From: Candidatus Peregrinibacteria bacterium | Lineage (GTDB): Bacteria; Patescibacteriota; Gracilibacteria; UBA1369; UBA12473 | Direction: 5' to 3' | DNA: 64,000 nucleotides | NCBI GenBank assembly: GCA_018659585.1 | Contig: JABJMC010000006.1 | Coordinates: 33,728 to 97,727 of the forward strand | Shown here: piece by piece, positions 57,571 to 64,000 of the stretch | How positions within the stretch are numbered: position 1 is the stretch's first letter | Layout: each line of letters starts with the position of its first letter | Notes under the pieces: model-generated | Database searches by the model: none | Told to the model about the DNA's origin: nothing | The model's input: only the letters and a program-made list of their open reading frames with translations | Translations under genes and position numbers: made by a program

Positions 57571-60500
57571 ATGTTAGACCCTAAAATACTAAAACTCGAT
57601 TGGCTCCAAACCGGCTCGCTCGCCGGAGGCCACCGTTTTGTGTTTCAAATGGGTCCTGGTGGCGGACAAGGCGGGGGAAACCCGGGTGAAGATAGTTCTT
57701 CCTCTCAAATAGCGGCGGCCGAAGCGCAACAACAAGAGGCGCTAGATCGTCAAGAACGCCAAGAAGAACAAGAGCAAGTAGATGATGGCAATCCATCCTC
57801 GCAACGTCGCAATCAACAACATATTCGCCGTTTAGAACAGTTATCAGCTCGTGATGCTATTAGTGGGGAAACCTTGGCTCAGGCCACGGATGCCCTCCAA
57901 AGTAATGATCGCTACCGCCAAAGTGCGGCTCGCTTACTGGCAGTGCAACGCATTAACGGCGCTACTTTTGACACAGCTTACGAATGTTTAGAAAGCGGGA
58001 ATAACAGTGAAAAAGCCCTGGCTCGTGGATTTGTTTCTGGACGTCTTACACAAGACTCTTTTACCAGTGCTGTTTCGGATTTAGATAGTAATGACCAGTA
58101 TGAATCACGGCTCGCGCGACGACTTGCTATGCGCCGTATCAACGGCGAAGAATACGAACGGGCGCGCGAAGGACTCAGGAGCACTGATGTTGATGTGCAG
58201 CGTGCTTCTCAAATGTTGGCTCTGGGTGGTTTAACACCGCAGGCTTTCCGTGATGAATTACAAATGGCCGCTCGGGCGAATGAGGAGGCCCAGCTTAATC
58301 CAGAAGAAGAAACCTCTCCGGTGGATGCGCAACGCGAACGAACTCATGATCAAATTATAGAGCTACTTTTACAAGCTAATGTTTTGATCGAAGAACTTCC
58401 GGAACGCGAACGAACTCGTCCGCTACTCCGTCTTCGCAATAATTTGCGAGACATCAACACTCGCGATACTCAAAACCAAACCGCTTTATCTGTTCTTTTA
58501 CGCCAAATTAATGAGGAGGAAGAACATCTCACCGAAAAAGAACGTAATGAAATTTGGAACTTTACCGCTGATACTAAAGACGAATTTACTCAATTTAGAG
58601 AGCGATTAGGGCAAATGGATTTAACTTCTAGCCAACGCAAAAACATTATTCGATTAAAAGCCGAAGAATACGATATTGAAGAAAGATTTATAACTGAAGC
58701 TAAGATTTTTGATTCTATTATGAAAGCTTCCTCTAGCATGGTTTTACAGGAAAGACGACGTGAACAAATGATTGAGGAGGCCACTCAAACTTCGGGTATT
58801 AATATTGAAAAAGGCACCCAAATTCAGTACGTCACACCAAATGCGATTAGTGGAAATATGCAGACCGTCACCATTCATAATGTTGAAACAGTGGTGGCCC
58901 CAATCATGAACCGTCAGGGCGAAGTAATTGGGTCGCAACCAACTAACTTACGCATTCATTTAGATAATGGCGAAACTCATTCTTTGGGACGTTTTATTAA
59001 ATGGGTGGAAGCGGCTGATGTTCACGAAACTATCAATTCTCAGGCTGAATTAGATCAAAAACTAGGCTTACCAGAATTAGGAGTCACTCTTCAGTCTGGA
59101 CAACAATTAGAATACAACACTGGCTATAACGTAAATCGAAAAGGAAATATCGTTCCTCAGCGCGACAATGTTCAAGTGGTTTCAGTTAGTGACAATGGCG
59201 TGGAATTAGCTGAACCAGTGGTCACTTTGACCCCGGAACAAGCCCCGCACGTTGGACTTACTGCGCCGCGAATGTCCCGAGAAATGAATCTGGGTGAATT
59301 TGCTAAATGGGCGCGGCGCAACGAAGCTATGCCTGATGTGACAAATCTTCCTGCTTTACGCGAGCATTTACGCAACATGAGCAATCATCGCAATCAGACT
59401 ATGAATCGCAGCCCACAGGCTTATCCACCAATTCGCGTGGAAAAAGATGAAGTTGTGAAGTTTGGCGATGAAAATGGACGCAAGTTTCAAATCAAAAAAG
59501 CTGATGATGATGAAGTGACTTTTCAAGACGGAACCAAGATGACTTTACCGGCTTTCTTGGTGTGGGCCCGCAATAACAATGTAGAAAGCTCCATGCCAGA
59601 ACCAGAAAGTGAAAGGGCCGCTGATGCAGCTTCTAATTTAGGCGATGAACCTCGTAAAAAAGCCAAAGAAAATGCTTTCAAAAAAGCTATGGCCGATATT
59701 TTTAGTGGCAATAAAAAAACTGATGACGGAAAATCTTTCTTTGAAAAAATGGATCCGTATATCCCCTCTCGCGAACATCCTTATGGTTATTTTCAAGAGC
59801 TTTATGCCCAAACAACATTCCTTTCTATGATGGATATTTACAACATGGGTAAGGAAATTATTGAACTTGTCAAACGTAAACACCAACGTCGTTCTAAAAG
59901 TCGTTTTGGTAACGTTGGTAAAAATCTTCCAGGAGTACTAGGAACAGAAATGAATCGTATTACTCAAGCCGCGGAAAACGAAGAGGTAAATCAGTATAAA
60001 GAAGCCATGGAACAATGGGGTGTCTGGGAAGTCTTATCTCAGCTACATGGGACAAGCAGTAAGGATGAAGCCAAGGCTTGTTTCCTTGTATTAACTGAAA
60101 AGGGTGAACTCCGGTGGGATGACATGCGCATGTGGGGGACTTTGAATATTTTGACTTCTAAATTTACGCATGAGGGAGCCAAGTTGTTTATTCCTATTAA
60201 TGAAAAGCCACAACCTCACCCTGAAACCGGGATCAAAACCTCTGGTGAAGATCGCGCTCGTGAAGCCATGGATGCTTTGTGGGGAGAAGGTCAGGGAGCA
60301 GATTGGTTTAGTAAAAACACCAATGCTTTTAATAGCAATAAAAGTGCTTACGAATACAAAGGTAAAACTTTGGAGCATGATCCGAAATCTACTGGAGGTC
60401 TAGCTGGTGAGTTGACTCGTCTTTTAAAAGAATGGAAAACAGGTAAATACGTTAATCCGCATGAGTATGAAGAGCTAATCGATTTTGGAATTAAGTACGG

Positions 60501-61599
60501 TAAAATGTCTGGTGAAGAAAAGATCTTTTTCTTGTTTGAAGGTATCACTGCCAAGTGTCCTTCGGGTCCAATGTCTGGCATGACACTCTTGCATTTAGAT
60601 CGTATTGGTGAATTGGATGGTGTTTATTTGAACCAATTTCCAATGTTGGACTTTTTTACTAACAAACTTCCTAAACCACAGCATCCTAAGTTTATTTCTG
60701 GAGAAACAGATGAAGTCCCAAAAGGAGGATATAAAGTTGAAGATTTTGAATATTTTAGAGATAAATATTTTAAAGAGGATTCAAAAAATTGTGAAGTTAG
60801 TAAGAATTTCTCTAAATTTTTGTGGGAACACATGGTGGTGGATCCTTACTTTAGATTGCGTTTATCAAAAGGTCTACGTCGCGCGGAAGCCATGGATCAT
60901 GATGATGCTCATATCTTTATTCCACCGGCTGGTTTAGAGGAGTTAGGTAACTTAACTCGTTCCTACCAAGGTAACCAAAAGTTCTTCACCCCTGAGGGTT
61001 ACAAAAATGGTTACTGTGGATTTAATCAATATATTGTTAGTTTAAGTAATCGTTACGAGGAGCTTAATCAAACTTTGAATAACACCAAAGAGCCAAATAT
61101 TAGAAAGGCTTTAGAAGATTTAATTAAAGAAACCGAAGATCAAATGATGAATGGTGTTCAAGGGTATCTGCTTTATGATTCTTATTTAAGTGGCCGAAAT
61201 GACCAAAGAGATCCTGCCCGGGCTCGTCTAGACCGCGAACACTACAAACAAGTAGCGGTTAATGATTTAAGCTCCGGCGATGATTTTACAGTTGGTCAGC
61301 ACCAAGCTCAACTTAGTAATTTAGTAAAAGAAGTCTGTGAGGATTATGGTATTGATTGGCAAAAAGAAATGCTTTTTGAAGGCGCTAGTTACAATGATCG
61401 TCAAAAACAAAGTGATATTGCCGCGGGAATTGATAATTTCTTGAAAAACAGTCTTCCACAAAAAATTATAGAAATGGGCCCCAAACAAATGTTTGCAATT
61501 GTAAAGAGAAGAAAATTAGCTGCTCAGAACGGAAATCATCACGATGAAAATGCTTTGCGCGGAATTCCAGATTCAAACAACTGGGTTACTCTTAAATAA
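57571..61599 (+). CDS. 1342-aa hypothetical protein with two internal repeat types
   Basis: Four 31-aa helical repeats and three beta-rich repeats ending L(G/P)xFxxW. Confidence 0.85.
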   Translation: MLDPKILKLDWLQTGSLAGGHRFVFQMGPGGGQGGGNPGEDSSSSQIAAAEAQQQEALDRQERQEEQEQVDDGNPSSQRRNQQHIRRLEQLSARDAISGETLAQATDALQSNDRYRQSAARLLAVQRINGATFDTAYECLESGNNSEKALARGFVSGRLTQDSFTSAVSDLDSNDQYESRLARRLAMRRINGEEYERAREGLRSTDVDVQRASQMLALGGLTPQAFRDELQMAARANEEAQLNPEEETSPVDAQRERTHDQIIELLLQANVLIEELPERERTRPLLRLRNNLRDINTRDTQNQTALSVLLRQINEEEEHLTEKERNEIWNFTADTKDEFTQFRERLGQMDLTSSQRKNIIRLKAEEYDIEERFITEAKIFDSIMKASSSMVLQERRREQMIEEATQTSGINIEKGTQIQYVTPNAISGNMQTVTIHNVETVVAPIMNRQGEVIGSQPTNLRIHLDNGETHSLGRFIKWVEAADVHETINSQAELDQKLGLPELGVTLQSGQQLEYNTGYNVNRKGNIVPQRDNVQVVSVSDNGVELAEPVVTLTPEQAPHVGLTAPRMSREMNLGEFAKWARRNEAMPDVTNLPALREHLRNMSNHRNQTMNRSPQAYPPIRVEKDEVVKFGDENGRKFQIKKADDDEVTFQDGTKMTLPAFLVWARNNNVESSMPEPESERAADAASNLGDEPRKKAKENAFKKAMADIFSGNKKTDDGKSFFEKMDPYIPSREHPYGYFQELYAQTTFLSMMDIYNMGKEIIELVKRKHQRRSKSRFGNVGKNLPGVLGTEMNRITQAAENEEVNQYKEAMEQWGVWEVLSQLHGTSSKDEAKACFLVLTEKGELRWDDMRMWGTLNILTSKFTHEGAKLFIPINEKPQPHPETGIKTSGEDRAREAMDALWGEGQGADWFSKNTNAFNSNKSAYEYKGKTLEHDPKSTGGLAGELTRLLKEWKTGKYVNPHEYEELIDFGIKYGKMSGEEKIFFLFEGITAKCPSGPMSGMTLLHLDRIGELDGVYLNQFPMLDFFTNKLPKPQHPKFISGETDEVPKGGYKVEDFEYFRDKYFKEDSKNCEVSKNFSKFLWEHMVVDPYFRLRLSKGLRRAEAMDHDDAHIFIPPAGLEELGNLTRSYQGNQKFFTPEGYKNGYCGFNQYIVSLSNRYEELNQTLNNTKEPNIRKALEDLIKETEDQMMNGVQGYLLYDSYLSGRNDQRDPARARLDREHYKQVAVNDLSSGDDFTVGQHQAQLSNLVKEVCEDYGIDWQKEMLFEGASYNDRQKQSDIAAGIDNFLKNSLPQKIIEMGPKQMFAIVKRRKLAAQNGNHHDENALRGIPDSNNWVTLK

Positions 61600-61615
61600 A
61601 GATCCCTGAGGGTTA

Positions 61616-63859
61616 TTATGGTCGGGCGTCAGCGTATTTTTTGATGAGGTCAGAAGTTTTCATGACCTCTTGTTCACGCTGTCCGTAATAACGCGCCGTA
61701 ACTGTGCCGTCTTTAGCTTCTTTTTCTCCCACAATTAACATTACAGGGATTTTGGAAGTCTCGGCCTCGCGGATTTTTTTGCCTAAAGTTTGATCACTAA
61801 CATCCATGTCTACACGGTAGCCCGCTTCGAATAATTCATCACGAACTTGCTTGGTATATTTGTTGAATTTTTCGCTAAGTGAAAGCACACGCATTTGCAC
61901 CGGAGCTAGCCAGAATGGGAAGGCTCCAGCGTAGTGCTCAACCAAAATAGCCATGAATCGTTCCAAAGAGCCAAGCAGCGCGCGGTGAACCACCACTGGA
62001 GTATGCAATTGACCATCTTTACCTTCGTATTTAAGTTCAAATCTAAGTGGCATTTGAAAATCAATTTGAATAGTGGCGCACTGCCATTCCCGTTTTAAAC
62101 AATCCCTGATTCTAAAGTCAATTTTTGGGCCGTAAAAAGCGCCATCACCATCATTAAATTCATATTTAATTTTGGCTTTTTTAAGAGCGTTTTCTAGGGC
62201 GTCTTCTGCTGTTTTCCATTGCTCGTCAGTCCCCATAGACTTCTCTGGTTTAGTAGAAAGAACCACTTCGTACTCAAACCCAAATATGTCATAAACATGC
62301 TGCGTAAACTCAATACAACGAATAATTTCGTCACCTAATTCCTCTAGCGATACAAAAATATGAGCATCATCCATAGAGAACTTACGCACGCGAGTTAGGC
62401 CACCCAGAGCTCCGCGAACTTCATTACGATGAAGCATGGCAAAATCAGCAATTCTAAATGGTAAATCACGATAACTTCTAGTTCGCATCTTAAACATCAA
62501 CATGTGCGACGGACAGTTCATGGGCTTCAAAGAGCAATCAATCCCATCAACTTCCATACAAAACATATTTTCTTTGTAGTGTTCCCAGTGTCCACTTTGT
62601 TCCCACAGCGCTTTGTCATAAACCAGGGGAGTTATCACTTCTTGATAATCTCTTTCGCGGTATTGACGACGAATCAAATTAGAAAGCTCGTTAAAAACAA
62701 CCGTTCCTTTGGGATGATAAAAAGCTGCTCCTGGTGAAACATCGTGGAATTGATAGAGATCCAAATCCATTCCCAGCTTGCGGTGATCACGTTTTTTAGC
62801 CTCTTCTAGTCGCACTAAATAATCATTAAGATCTTTTTTATTCTTAAAAGCCACGCCATATATGCGCTGCAACATGGGACGTTTTTCATCACCACGCCAG
62901 TAAGCTCCGGAAATTTTCATTAATTTAAAGACTCCAGCTTGGCCCGTGTGTTCTAGCTGTGGTCCGCGGCAAAGATCCGCAAAAGTCACTTTATCATTTA
63001 GCTTATTAGTATAAAAAGTCACTTCTTTTGCACCTTCTTTTTCTAAATCTTCAACTAATTCAACTTTGTAAGTTTGTTTAGCTTTTTTAAGGATGGCTTT
63101 AGCCTCTTTGGTACTGGCGGTTTCTTCGTGAAATGGTTGTGCCTGTGAAATAATTTTCTTCATTTTTTTCTCTAATAACCGCAAATCCTCGGGAATCAAA
63201 GTACGCGGTAAATCAAAATCATAGTAAAAACCATCTTCAATAGTCGGCCCAATACCCAGATTAGCTTCTGGAAACATTTCCAAAACAGCTTGCGCCAAAA
63301 TATGAGACAGCGAGTGGCGCATAGTATCTAGGTCTTCATTATTTTTTGGTGCTAGTTTAACTTTGGAACGTTTTTTCGTGGACTGAATAATAGGCTCAAG
63401 ACGTGGCTTGGCTAATTTTATATAATCAGACGTTTTTAAGGCCATTGATCTATCCAAACGAGCCGCATTAAAATAAAGTTCATCATGCTCTAGAAGTGCT
63501 GGATCAACAATCAATTCCAGGTTAGGATCAAAGGAAAATGGAAGAACCGTCCCAGCCACCGACCCAGAAAGTTCTTCAGCAATTTCAGTGGTCGCAAAAG
63601 ATATATATGTGCCATTAAATAGTGCTTTAACTGCCTCTAAGTCTACTTTTGCATCGCCTGGTATAACTGCTAAAACATATTTCGTTACTTTTTTAATTTT
63701 CACCATCATAACAATACATTTGGCGGCCTGTGATAGTTTATTGCCACGCATCTTGCTAACAATGTCGGTCTGTCCCTCGGGGGAATGATCGATCAACTTA
63801 TATTGGGCCTTATTTTTATCAAGAAGCTTAATAAGTTTAGTGTAGAGATCATTAGTCAT
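61616..63859 (-). CDS. thrS: Threonyl-tRNA synthetase with N-terminal YbaK/YeaK (ProXp)-type domain
   Basis: RHSLSH, GAYWRG, RDHRKLG, KPMNCP, GAFYGPKID, ERFMAIL; first ~157 aa YeaK-like (QAAKC, GTVLPFSF, FNAARLDRS). Confidence 0.96.
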   Translation of the reverse strand: MTNDLYTKLIKLLDKNKAQYKLIDHSPEGQTDIVSKMRGNKLSQAAKCIVMMVKIKKVTKYVLAVIPGDAKVDLEAVKALFNGTYISFATTEIAEELSGSVAGTVLPFSFDPNLELIVDPALLEHDELYFNAARLDRSMALKTSDYIKLAKPRLEPIIQSTKKRSKVKLAPKNNEDLDTMRHSLSHILAQAVLEMFPEANLGIGPTIEDGFYYDFDLPRTLIPEDLRLLEKKMKKIISQAQPFHEETASTKEAKAILKKAKQTYKVELVEDLEKEGAKEVTFYTNKLNDKVTFADLCRGPQLEHTGQAGVFKLMKISGAYWRGDEKRPMLQRIYGVAFKNKKDLNDYLVRLEEAKKRDHRKLGMDLDLYQFHDVSPGAAFYHPKGTVVFNELSNLIRRQYRERDYQEVITPLVYDKALWEQSGHWEHYKENMFCMEVDGIDCSLKPMNCPSHMLMFKMRTRSYRDLPFRIADFAMLHRNEVRGALGGLTRVRKFSMDDAHIFVSLEELGDEIIRCIEFTQHVYDIFGFEYEVVLSTKPEKSMGTDEQWKTAEDALENALKKAKIKYEFNDGDGAFYGPKIDFRIRDCLKREWQCATIQIDFQMPLRFELKYEGKDGQLHTPVVVHRALLGSLERFMAILVEHYAGAFPFWLAPVQMRVLSLSEKFNKYTKQVRDELFEAGYRVDMDVSDQTLGKKIREAETSKIPVMLIVGEKEAKDGTVTARYYGQREQEVMKTSDLIKKYADARP

Positions 63860-63897
63860 AGTTATGAGGGTTAGGGGCGCAAATGAGCGCGAGATTT

Positions 63898-63975
63898 TTA
63901 AAACAACACAGCGATGAAGCTGTGCTCGGACCTAACGTAACCAATCTGGTCAATTAGGCGGTTCCACCGAGCTTC
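63898..63975 (-). promoter_or_regulatory. T-box riboswitch antiterminator and terminator upstream of thrS (Stem I outside the window)
   Basis: Minus strand GCUCGG-UGGAACC(bulge)-GCCUAA...UUAGGU-CCGAGC, overlapping terminator AGCACAGC/GCUGUGUU + GUUUU. Confidence 0.88.
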
Positions 63976-64000
63976 CCTAGGTAGTTAAGGCACTCTTGTT

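Overview
64 kb of chromosomal DNA from a CPR/Patescibacteria-type bacterium, most plausibly Peregrinibacteria-like. This is an inference from the TrmB-type regulator, DUF5652-like and VirB6-like membrane proteins, many acidic orphan proteins, absence of Shine-Dalgarno motifs, de novo purine genes and standard code 11. Housekeeping genes include glnA (partial), mutL, mutS, purH, purN, two archaeal-type purP paralogues, uppP, lemA-htpX, 2-oxoacid:ferredoxin oxidoreductase, eno, lexA-dinB, a VTC/DUF4956/CotH triad, rpsF-rpsR, proB, thrS and tRNA-Arg(CCT). No CRISPR array, integrase or transposase was seen. The strongest unexplained signals are non-coding. Two large, highly base-paired intergenic RNAs (~30105-30615 and ~34680-35415) each have a sigma70 promoter and rRNA-operon-like boxA motifs; one ends in a 16S-3'-end-like sequence and the other is closed by a long processing-type stem. 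A third ~140-nt structured RNA lies upstream of the ferredoxin gene, and a dispersed palindromic repeat occurs three times. Other highlights are an unannotated 58-aa membrane peptide with a beta-clamp-type motif heading the lexA-dinB operon under a candidate new LexA box, a T-box-controlled ThrRS fused to a YeaK/ProXp-type deacylase, and a TAACC(C/T) motif in place of SD before many start codons. All RNA structures were deduced by eye; no database searches or folding programs were run.
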